The notes: generated by a model from the sequence alone, not told the origin. A stretch of 47,455 bases of DNA from Tannerella sp. (GCA_031267935.1 JAIRYD010000180.1:1-47455); one strand, 5' to 3'. Counted from the first letter of the stretch, positions 1 to 9,606 are shown. Made by a program: numbers and translations.

Positions 1-672
1 CAGCCGGTATACGCCCTGAACTTCGTAAACGAGCGCTTCGACCCCGACGAATCGGTGTACTACCACGACTACCGGATCGTCAACATCGCGGATGTGGAAA
101 AGCAGATCGAGGGCCTTGAGCTGGTGTTCATCGAGCTTCCCAAGTTCCGCCCGTCCAGCCGCGCGGACGGCAGGCTGTACGATCTCTGGCTGACGTTTCT
201 GACGCAAATCGAAAACGCCTCGGAGCGGGTGCCTCAGGAACTGCTGGACAACGAAGTGACGTGCGACGCGGTACGTTATCTGGAGCGCAATTCATATACA
301 AAGTCGCAGCTCGAAACGTATGAAAAATACCTGGACGCGATCCGCGTCGAACGCACATTCTACGTCGATGCCCTGGCTAAGGGATGGGAGGAAGGCAAAG
401 CGGAAGGATGGGAGGAAGGTAAAGCGGAGGGTCGGGCAGAAGGCGAGGCGATCGGCTGGGAGAAAGGTGAAGCGATCGGCCGTGAGAAAGGTCGTGAGGA
501 AGGTGAATCGATCGGTATGGCAAAAGGCGAAGCGGTTGGCCGGGAGAAAGGCAAAGCGGAAGTCGTAATTTCCTGCAGTCGCAACGGAATTCCGCTGGAG
601 CAAATTCAGCTCATTACCGGTCTGGACCGGGAGCGGATCGAAGAGATCCTTCATGGGAACAATGAGGTTTAG
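1..672 (+). CDS. Rpn-family recombination-promoting nuclease / PD-(D/E)XK putative transposase, 5'-truncated by the window edge
   Basis: Frame is open from base 1 (QPVYALNFVNERFD...). Contains the Rpn-type motifs LVFIELPKF and LWLTFL, a 15x four-residue G-x-x-x repeat, and a C-terminal helical tail (GIPLEQIQLITGLDRERIEEI). Confidence 0.85.
   Translation, partial: QPVYALNFVNERFDPDESVYYHDYRIVNIADVEKQIEGLELVFIELPKFRPSSRADGRLYDLWLTFLTQIENASERVPQELLDNEVTCDAVRYLERNSYTKSQLETYEKYLDAIRVERTFYVDALAKGWEEGKAEGWEEGKAEGRAEGEAIGWEKGEAIGREKGREEGESIGMAKGEAVGREKGKAEVVISCSRNGIPLEQIQLITGLDRERIEEILHGNNEV
382..561 (+). repeat. 12-bp (4-aa) tandem coding repeat, 15 units (GWEE/GKAE/GRAE/GEAI/GREK...)
   Basis: Read directly from the translation. 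Such repeats are typical of Rpn C-termini. Confidence 0.9.
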
Positions 673-690
673 GTATTGAATGGCTTTACC

Positions 691-728
691 CTTCACTGTC
701 TACCCGTCGCCGGCGGCAGATGGTGAAG
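691..728 (+). terminator. Long hairpin downstream of the rpn-like gene, probable terminator
   Basis: CTTCACTGTCT pairs with AGATGGTGAAG (two G-U pairs), with an inner CCGTC/GGCGG stem. Followed by CGCTGTTTT. Confidence 0.5.
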
Positions 729-923
729 CGCTGTTTTCCTGTCCCGTAAAAGAGATTTATCCCAAAATGTCCATTAGAGCCTCAAATGTTAAATCAGGCA
801 TTATTAGCATTTAATTTTTCCTTTTTGAGAGAATTAATGCGAAAGGATGGCTAAGGAAAACAGTTCCTCGCAAAAAAAATTGACCATAAAATCGCATGCG
901 AACGAAAAAAAATGAAAAAATAT

Positions 924-955
924 TTTGCCGTGAAAAAAAACTGTGCATAACTTTG
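924..955 (+). promoter_or_regulatory. Consensus Bacteroidetes primary-sigma promoter inside element copy L
   Basis: TTTG (924-927), 20 nt spacer, TAACTTTG (948-955). Matches TTTG-N19-21-TAnnTTTG. Confidence 0.7.
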
Positions 956-994
956 TAAAACAATAATCATCGCGCGTCGGAACGCTTCGACCCG

Positions 995-1036
995 GAACGA
1001 TGAATGATGAACGATAAACTTTGAACGATGAACTAT
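995..1036 (+). repeat. 7-bp tandem repeat GAAC(G/T)(A/T)T, 6 units
   Basis: GAACGAT GAATGAT GAACGAT AAACTTT GAACGAT GAACTAT. Confidence 0.9.
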
Positions 1037-1064
1037 GAACATTTCGACTGACAATCAGATATAT

Positions 1065-1169
1065 TCGGGCTTTAGCGCGGAAGTCGCGGGCTACACCGCG
1101 AGGGTTCCGTGGGACACCACGAAAGTTCCGTGGGACACCACGAAGGTTCCGTGGGACACCACGAAAAAA
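1065..1169 (+). repeat. 21-bp tandem repeat, 5 units
   Basis: TCGGGCTTTAGCGCGGAAGTC, GCGGGCTACACCGCGAGGGTT, then 3x CCGTGGGACACCACGAA(A/G)(GTT/AAA). Confidence 0.9.
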
Positions 1170-1234
1170 GGACGATTCAGCCCGGACTGTCCGCCGGACA
1201 AGTTCATTCATGGAAATCGATAAACGAATGAAAC

Positions 1235-1951
1235 ATGGCGTGGCGAGATTTCTTATACTTCTCAAAAGGAGAGCGCAGGGCACTCATTCTGCTGCTCAGC
1301 CTGATTGCCTTGGCGGGTATCATCCTTTTCCTGAGGGATGCGCCGTTCGGGGAAAAAAGTGTGACTGCCGTCGCGCCGCCGGACAGCGTCCGGACGGATA
1401 CTGTCGCCTCGCCACAGCCGCCGCCCAAGGCAAGGCCGATTCCGTATACTCCCCGTACGAAGCAACCGCGTGAATCCATATCCGAAAGAGCAAAACGCCT
1501 CACGTCGACCAGGCAGCCGACTTACAAGCGAACGGAGAAAATCGAGGCCGGCACCGTCATCGAACTGAACGCTGCAGATTCGTTCACGCTGCAGAAAGTG
1601 CCGGGGATCGGGCCTTTTTATGCACGCCACATTGTCCGGTATCGTGACCTGCTGGGCGGTTTCTACTCCGTCGAACAGCTGAGCAAAGTATATGTCATCG
1701 ACGAAGACCTGTATGCCGCGTTCGCACCGTGGTTCACGGTCGACACGTCGCTCATCAGACGGCTGCCGGTCAACACGCTTCCGGCAGATTCGCTTCGGCG
1801 GCATCCCCACATCAGCTACGGACAGGCGCGCGCCATCGAACGGCTCCGCAAACAGAAAAAACGCCTCACCGGCTGGGAAGACATCATGCTCCTGCGCGAG
1901 TTTACCGAACAGGACCGGCAGCAGATAGAACCCTATCTGTCGTTCGAATGA
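1235..1951 (+). CDS. ComEA-like helix-hairpin-helix DNA-binding membrane protein
   Basis: N-terminal FSKGERRALILLL plus a TM helix. HhH motifs IELNAAD...LQKVPGIGP...LGGF.SVEQL and VNTLPADSLRRHPHI. Confidence 0.85.
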   Translation: MAWRDFLYFSKGERRALILLLSLIALAGIILFLRDAPFGEKSVTAVAPPDSVRTDTVASPQPPPKARPIPYTPRTKQPRESISERAKRLTSTRQPTYKRTEKIEAGTVIELNAADSFTLQKVPGIGPFYARHIVRYRDLLGGFYSVEQLSKVYVIDEDLYAAFAPWFTVDTSLIRRLPVNTLPADSLRRHPHISYGQARAIERLRKQKKRLTGWEDIMLLREFTEQDRQQIEPYLSFE

Positions 1952-2171
1952 GACAGACGTAAAGACAGACGGCCCCGCACCAAACCCTTCCCTCAATCCC
2001 CTTCCGTAAATTTGATATTCCGGCGTCTCATGCGGTTTTCGGGGAACTTTACCGCCGGTTTTTCAATAATTTGAAATTTGATAACTTCACACCGGATATT
2101 GATCCGTCATATTTATTCATCGCTCGACTTTTACCCCGCAGAAAGTATAATCTTGATGATCGGGAAAATAA

Positions 2172-2199
2172 AAAAGAGCAACCTTCCGGCTGCTCTTTT
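2172..2199. terminator. Bidirectional intrinsic terminator after groEL
   Basis: AAAAGAGCA-N10-TGCTCTTTT, with A/T tracts on both sides. Confidence 0.75.
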
Positions 2200-2230
2200 C
2201 TCGTTGTTATGAAAAAAAATTAATTACGGA

Positions 2231-3874
<1,644 letters not shown>

Positions 3875-3906
3875 TCACATTTTTAATTTTGTTTGGAATT
3901 AATGAA

Positions 3907-4176
3907 TTAAATAATCGCCAGAATGTCGGATTGACGCATGATCAGGTATGTTTCGCCATCCCATTCGATTTCGGTGCCGGCATATTTGCCGTAAAGCACT
4001 TTGTCGCCGCTTTTCACGACCATCTCTTCGTCTTTGGTACCGTTTCCTGTAGCAACAACTTCTCCTTTCAGCGGCTTTTCTTTAGCCGAATCGGGAATGA
4101 TGATCCCTCCCGATGTTTTCTCTTCCGCAGTGGCCGGTTTTACCAGCACTCTATCTGCCAATGGTTTAATGTTCAT
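3907..4176 (-). CDS. groS: Co-chaperonin GroES
   Basis: [29 protein letters not shown]. Confidence 0.99.
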   Translation of the reverse strand: MNIKPLADRVLVKPATAEEKTSGGIIIPDSAKEKPLKGEVVATGNGTKDEEMVVKSGDKVLYGKYAGTEIEWDGETYLIMRQSDILAII

Positions 4177-4477
4177 CTTTTTATCAATTTAATTTGTTAT
4201 TATTTAATGAATCAATATTTGATTTGAAAATCACACACCATATATAGCGAAATCCGTGCCAAAAAATTCTGCAGGAAACAAGACTGACATTATTTCGCAA
4301 TGGCAAAAAAACTCTGACGGGACAACTGACATTTTGACGGAGAGATTGCCGACGATATGTTTTGCCTGACTGAATGGAATGGCGATATAAAATCACATCC
4401 CTGCTAAAAATGAAGCGATTGCATGTCGACTATATGAAAGGCCCTTCATTTTTCGCCATCGATCGTGTTTTTTTTCG

Positions 4478-4485
4478 TACCTTTG
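4478..4485 (+). promoter_or_regulatory. -7 promoter element for glyQS
   Basis: TACCTTTG, 23 nt before the ATG. Confidence 0.65.
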
Positions 4486-4508
4486 CCCCATTAAAATAAA
4501 AGAATCTG

Positions 4509-6080
4509 ATGAATCAAGAGGATGTATTCAAAAAAATAATCTCCCATAGCAAGGAATATGGGTTTGTATTTCCCTCGTCCGAGATTTACGACGGGTTGGG
4601 CGCGGTGTACGACTACGGTCAGAACGGCGTGGAACTGAAAAACAACATCAAAAAATACTGGTGGGACAGCATGACGCTGCTCCACGACAATATCGTCGGC
4701 ATCGACGCCGCCATCTTCATGCACCCCACGGTCTGGAAAGCATCGGGGCATGTCGACGCCTTCAACGATCCGCTCATCGACAATCGCGACAGCAAGAAAC
4801 GCTACCGCGCCGACGTGCTGATCGAAGATCATCTGGCGAAGATGGACGAGAAAATTCAGAAAGAGGTCGAAAAGGCAGCCCGCCGCTTCGGCGATGCGTT
4901 CGACGAACAGCAGTTCCGCACGACCAATGTGCGCGTGCTCGAACAGCAGACGCGGCGCGACGAAGTGCATGCCCGTTTTGCCAAAGCGCTGAATGATTCC
5001 GACTTCGAGGCGCTGCGACAACTGATCGTCGACTGCGAAATCGTCTGCCCCGTTTCCGGCACGCGCAACTGGACGGAAGTACGCCAGTTCAACCTCATGT
5101 TTGCCACCGAGATGGGTTCGACGGCCGACGGTGCGATGAAGGTCTATCTGCGTCCCGAAACGGCACAGGGCATCTTTGTCAATTTTCTGAATGTACAGAA
5201 AACGGGACGGATGAAGATTCCCTTCGGCATTGCGCAGGTCGGGAAGGCTTTCCGCAACGAGATTGTCGCCCGGCAGTTCGTCTTCCGCATGCGCGAATTT
5301 GAACAGATGGAGATGCAGTTTTTCGTTCGCCCGGGCGAAGAACTCGAATGGTTTGCCCGCTGGAAAAATTTCCGCATGAAATGGCACCAGGCGCTGGGTA
5401 TGGGCGACGCAAAATACCGTTTTCACGACCACGACAAACTGGCGCATTATGCCAATGCTGCAACCGATATCGAATTTGAGATGCCTTTCGGATTTAAGGA
5501 AGTCGAAGGCATTCACAGCCGTACCGACTTCGACCTGAGCCAGCACGAAAAATATTCCGGCAAGAAGATACAATACTTCGACCCCGAACTGAACGCGAGC
5601 TACACACCCTACGTCATCGAGACGTCCATCGGCGTCGACCGGATGTTCCTCAGCCTGCTGGCAGGCGCCTATTGCGAGGATACGCTCGAAGGCGGTGAAA
5701 CGCGCGTCGTACTGAAATTGCCCGACGTACTGGCGCCGGTCAAACTCGCCGTACTGCCGCTGGTGCGCAAGGACGGCCTGCCCGAAAAGGCAACCGAAAT
5801 CCTGCATCTGCTGCGTTTCGACTTTCGCTGCCAGTACGACGAAAAAGATTCCATCGGCAAGCGCTATCGCCGGCAGGATGCCATCGGGACGCCATACTGC
5901 ATCACCGTCGACCATCAGACGCTCGACGACGGCGCCGTCACCATCCGCTACCGCGACACGATGCGGCAGGAACGCGTACCGATCGACCGTCTGCACGGCA
6001 TCATCGCCGAAAAAGTGAGCATGAGCAGCCTGTTGTACAAACTGCAATCGCAAAGTGACGGAGCTGCATCGCAAGCATGA
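4509..6080 (+). CDS. glyQS: Glycine--tRNA ligase (homodimeric type)
   Basis: YDYGQNGVELK, YLRPETAQGIF, FRNEI, RMREFEQME, and the anticodon-binding domain SIGKRYRRQDAIGTPY. Confidence 0.97.
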   Translation: MNQEDVFKKIISHSKEYGFVFPSSEIYDGLGAVYDYGQNGVELKNNIKKYWWDSMTLLHDNIVGIDAAIFMHPTVWKASGHVDAFNDPLIDNRDSKKRYRADVLIEDHLAKMDEKIQKEVEKAARRFGDAFDEQQFRTTNVRVLEQQTRRDEVHARFAKALNDSDFEALRQLIVDCEIVCPVSGTRNWTEVRQFNLMFATEMGSTADGAMKVYLRPETAQGIFVNFLNVQKTGRMKIPFGIAQVGKAFRNEIVARQFVFRMREFEQMEMQFFVRPGEELEWFARWKNFRMKWHQALGMGDAKYRFHDHDKLAHYANAATDIEFEMPFGFKEVEGIHSRTDFDLSQHEKYSGKKIQYFDPELNASYTPYVIETSIGVDRMFLSLLAGAYCEDTLEGGETRVVLKLPDVLAPVKLAVLPLVRKDGLPEKATEILHLLRFDFRCQYDEKDSIGKRYRRQDAIGTPYCITVDHQTLDDGAVTIRYRDTMRQERVPIDRLHGIIAEKVSMSSLLYKLQSQSDGAASQA

Positions 6081-6110
6081 TTGTAAAACGTGTAAATAAA
6101 GATATGTAAC

Positions 6111-6758
6111 ATGAATAATTATTCGAAATCCGAAAACGGAAAAAACGTATGCCGCCACGCTCCTGCAAGAACGAGCCTGGCTTTGTGGATGGGAGGATTG
6201 CTGACGGTCTTCCTCATCGCTTCGTGCGACGACAGCAACGACGACGAGATTCTCAATGTATGGAAAACAGCGAACGAACAGGCTTTGAACGACATTGCCC
6301 GAAATCCCGAATATACCGAACTCAAATCGCCCGGCAATAACGGCAGTCTCTACTACCGCATACTCCAAAAAGGCGACGGTAAAAAGCCGATTTATTACAC
6401 CAGCCGTGTCAGGGTTTACTACAAGGGATGGTTCGTGGTGACCAACCAGGATTTGAACATTACGAAAGGAAAAGTTTTTGACCAGAAACTTTTCGACGAC
6501 GGCGAGCCGGCAACTTTTGCGGTAAGTCAGGCGGGATCCACGTATGATACGTATACCGGATACTACAGTCCCTCCTTTCCGATTGAAGGCTGGACAATTA
6601 CACTTCAATATATGGTGAAAGGCGACAAATGGGAAGTATGGATTCCTTCGCAACTCGCCTACGGGCAAAACGGTTCCAATCAAATCCCCGGAAATTCCGT
6701 GCTGACATTCGAAATCGAAGTGACGGACGTGATGGGGATTGACGGCGATACGGAATAG
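6111..6758 (+). CDS. FKBP-type peptidyl-prolyl isomerase, lipoprotein
   Basis: Lipobox FLIASC followed by acidic DDSNDD. FKBP motifs IEGW..LQYM..GDKWEVWIPSQLAYG and IPGNSVLTFEIE. Confidence 0.88.
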   Translation: MNNYSKSENGKNVCRHAPARTSLALWMGGLLTVFLIASCDDSNDDEILNVWKTANEQALNDIARNPEYTELKSPGNNGSLYYRILQKGDGKKPIYYTSRVRVYYKGWFVVTNQDLNITKGKVFDQKLFDDGEPATFAVSQAGSTYDTYTGYYSPSFPIEGWTITLQYMVKGDKWEVWIPSQLAYGQNGSNQIPGNSVLTFEIEVTDVMGIDGDTE

Positions 6759-6823
6759 TGCAGGATATTCCTTCCGGCAAACACCTTATATCATTCATTT
6801 ATTAATCATTCAAATAACAGGAT

Positions 6824-9124
6824 ATGGGACATTTACCACCTCTTATTCACGACCTGGCGCTGATACTGATTACGGCGGGCGTGGTGACGATTGTGTTTAA
6901 ATGGCTGAAACAGCCCGTCGTGCTGGGTTACATCGTGGCCGGCTTTCTGGCCGGACCTTATTATGTGTTTTTCCCGTCCGTCACCGACTCTGCCAATATC
7001 TCCATCTGGGCCGAAATCGGCGTTATTTTCCTGTTGTTTGCATTGGGGCTTGAATTCAGTTTCAAGAAGCTGATAAGTGTGGGCGGCACGGCATCCATCG
7101 CATCCGTCTTTGCGCTGGGGTCAATGATTGCCATCGGTTATATCGCAGGCCAGCTTATGGGATGGTCGGACATGAACAGCATTTTCCTCGGCTGCATGAT
7201 CTCGATGTCGTCCACCACCATCATTATCAAAACGCTGACGGATACCGGGATGCAGAAACAGAAGTTCGCCGGCATCGTGTTTGCCATGCTGATTGTAGAA
7301 GACCTTGTGGCCATCGTGATGATGGTATTGCTGTCGACCTTCGCCGTCAGCCAGCGGTTCGAGGGAATGGAACTCGTGCGTAACATCATGATACTGGGCC
7401 TTTTTCTGTTGATATGGTTCGTTGTCGGCATCTATCTGATTCCGACGCTGCTGAAACGTTTTCAGCAGTATCTCAACAACGAAACGCTGCTGGTGGTAGT
7501 CATCGGATTATGTTTGGGCATGGTACTGTTTGCCTCGTCGGCCGGATTTTCGTCGGCGCTCGGCGCCTTTGTGATGGGTTCTATTTTGGCCGAAACGGTC
7601 GAGATGAAACGTATCGAACATCTTGTCGAGCCGTTGAAAAACCTGTTCGGTGCCATCTTCTTCGTGTCGGTAGGAATGATGATCGACCCGGAAATCATTG
7701 TCGATCATATTGGTACTATATTGATAATAAGCTGTATCGTTGTTTTCGGACGTATGTTTTTTGCTACGCTCGGCGTGTCCGTATCGGGGCAGAGCCTGAA
7801 AGTAGCCGTACAGTCGGGATTCTGCCTGGCGCAGATCGGAGAGTTTTCGTTTATTATCGCCACGCTGGGAGTCACGCTCGGTGTGATCGACAACTTCCTT
7901 TATCCGGTTATCGTGGCGGTGTCGACCCTCACCACGTTCGGTACGCCATACTTTATCAAGGCCTCCACGCCGGTCTATTCGATGCTCGAGAAACGGATCC
8001 CGGCGAAATGGGAACGTCTGCTGAAAGGCTATTCGTCGGATGGCTACGAAACGACCGTCAACCGCAAATCCGACTGGAACTCGCTGCTGAAAAAGGTAGG
8101 ACGCGTTGTGGGAATATATTCGCTTATCAGTCTGTCTGTCATATTCATCTCCAGTCAGTTTTTCCGTCCGTGGGTGTTGAGCGAAATCCCTTCGTTTTGG
8201 GGGCGACTGATTGTGGCCGCGGTGACGATTCTGACCATTGCACCGTTTCTGCGCGCCATGGCCGTGCGCAAGAACAAGTCGCGCGAGTTCAAAAAATTGT
8301 GGGCCGACAACCGGCTCAACCGCACGGGACTTCTGATGCTGATAGCCGCCCGATACCTCATCTGTATTGTGTTTGTGCTGGCAGTGCTTGTGCCGCTGTT
8401 TCCCAATGCGACGGCCGTGCTTTTCGTCGCTTCCATGCTGATTGTGGCGCTAATCATCTGGTCGCAAGCCGTCAAAAAACAGTCGCGACGCATGGAACGG
8501 GTATTCTTCGAAAACCTGAACAGGAAAGAACGCCTGGAAGAACAGATGACGACGGTTCGGAAAGAGACGGTCAAAGACCTTTTAGACAAAGATATACATG
8601 TGGAAGAGATTGTCGTGTCCCAGACTTCGCCGAGTGTCGGCAAAACACTCAAAGAACTTAATTTCAAACAAATATCGGGAGTGAATGTAGTTTCCATCAT
8701 TCGCGGTCCGAAAAAAATCAATATCCCCGACGGCAACGTATGCCTGTATCCGTTCGACAAACTTGTCGTAGTCGGTTCGGACGAAGAAATACAAACCTGC
8801 CTGAGTCGCGTTGCGAAATACGACAAAATGAATGAAGCGGACGACGAAGCGATTCACCACATCGTGTTGTCCAACTACATCGTCGAAGCCCGCTCGCCGT
8901 TCGAAGGCAAAACCGTCCGCGAACTGAACACGCGCGAACGCGCCGAATGCATGATCATCGGAATCGACCGCAACGGGCATTCCATCACCAACTTCACTGC
9001 CGATCTGCGAATCGCGAAAGACGACGTGCTGTGGATTGCCGGCGAGAAAGAAGATGTAAATATGTTCGGCAGGAAGTATGCAGATGATGAAAAGGACAGG
9101 GAAAAGATGCAGACGGAGCCGTGA
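6824..9124 (+). CDS. Cation:proton antiporter (CPA2 family) with C-terminal TrkA-C/RCK-C domains
   Basis: Many TM helices with GVIFLLFALGLEFS, SSTTII, LIVEDL, GAIFFVSVGM and QIGEFSFII. Two RCK-C-like repeats at the C-terminus. Confidence 0.9.
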   Translation: MGHLPPLIHDLALILITAGVVTIVFKWLKQPVVLGYIVAGFLAGPYYVFFPSVTDSANISIWAEIGVIFLLFALGLEFSFKKLISVGGTASIASVFALGSMIAIGYIAGQLMGWSDMNSIFLGCMISMSSTTIIIKTLTDTGMQKQKFAGIVFAMLIVEDLVAIVMMVLLSTFAVSQRFEGMELVRNIMILGLFLLIWFVVGIYLIPTLLKRFQQYLNNETLLVVVIGLCLGMVLFASSAGFSSALGAFVMGSILAETVEMKRIEHLVEPLKNLFGAIFFVSVGMMIDPEIIVDHIGTILIISCIVVFGRMFFATLGVSVSGQSLKVAVQSGFCLAQIGEFSFIIATLGVTLGVIDNFLYPVIVAVSTLTTFGTPYFIKASTPVYSMLEKRIPAKWERLLKGYSSDGYETTVNRKSDWNSLLKKVGRVVGIYSLISLSVIFISSQFFRPWVLSEIPSFWGRLIVAAVTILTIAPFLRAMAVRKNKSREFKKLWADNRLNRTGLLMLIAARYLICIVFVLAVLVPLFPNATAVLFVASMLIVALIIWSQAVKKQSRRMERVFFENLNRKERLEEQMTTVRKETVKDLLDKDIHVEEIVVSQTSPSVGKTLKELNFKQISGVNVVSIIRGPKKINIPDGNVCLYPFDKLVVVGSDEEIQTCLSRVAKYDKMNEADDEAIHHIVLSNYIVEARSPFEGKTVRELNTRERAECMIIGIDRNGHSITNFTADLRIAKDDVLWIAGEKEDVNMFGRKYADDEKDREKMQTEP

Positions 9125-9132
9125 ATGATTAA

Positions 9133-9606
9133 TCATTCTCCCTCCACACGGCATCCCGTAAATCGAAACCGTGCCTGCGCTTCCTCGGGCGAAACCACGA
9201 AATAAATGATCGTGGCACGCGTACATACCTCTCCGTTACCGTTGTATATCTCCGTTTCGACGAAGACGGCGTTTCGCTTCCGCTCCATGATGCGGGCGCG
9301 AATGGTCAGTTGCGGGTCGTCGGTCGAAATATTTCGGGTGAATTTCACTTCCATCTTCGACGTGACGCCCGTCGTCTGCAGTTTCCGCAAAATGGCCCAT
9401 GCAGCCGTTTCGTCCATCAGCGTGCATTGTATGCCGCCGTGCAGCGTCTTGATCCAGCCTTACTGGTAACCGATTGGTTTCCAAAACGAAACGATGTCGT
9501 CGCCATCCTCGTAAAACGCCATGTGAAGCCCCGACGGATTCGCCGGCGAGCAGGCAAAACACAAGTACCCGTCTATCTCCGTCCAGGGGTTGATTATCTT
9601 TTTCAT
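9133..9606 (-). pseudogene. PaaI-family (hotdog) thioesterase interrupted by an in-frame TAA at codon 49
   Basis: From ATG 9606 the frame reads MKKIINPW...CFACSPANPSGLHMAFYEDGDDIVSFWKPIGYQ*GWIKTLHGGIQCTLMDET... The stop is at 9460-9462 and the frame continues to 9133. Confidence 0.8.

Larger units (their letters stand above)
902..1205 (+). repeat. Dispersed modular repeat element, copy L
   Basis: Aligns to the reverse complement of ~47106-47450. The first ~103 nt differ by only 8 substitutions and 1 indel. The heptamer array, 21-bp array and tail are shared. Confidence 0.93.

Noticed and set aside
320-568. 82-aa basic ORF overlapping the rpn repeat region as an internal antitoxin
   Set aside because: It is in a different frame from rpn, whereas described Rpn small proteins are in-frame. 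The repeat alone explains the open frame.
902-1205. Element as a classical MITE/IS remnant or a type III toxin-antitoxin array
   Set aside because: No terminal inverted repeats or target duplication are visible. The unit is shorter than ToxI-type repeats and no toxin gene follows.
834-1283. Antisense ORFs over the element (834-1283 - and 47043-47405 +)
   Set aside because: They resemble each other only because the DNA is repeated. Starts and stops are not shared, and 7/21-bp repeats keep frames open.
1990-2008. CCCTCAAT..TCCGT similarity to the sequence just after copy R's tail
   Set aside because: The match is too short (8 bp plus a gapped 5 bp) to distinguish from chance.
4491-6683. Long antisense ORFs (730 aa here; also 15521-17119, 23705-25183, 28877-30490, 40870-42459)
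   Set aside because: They are shadow frames opposite well-conserved genes, with no recognisable motifs.
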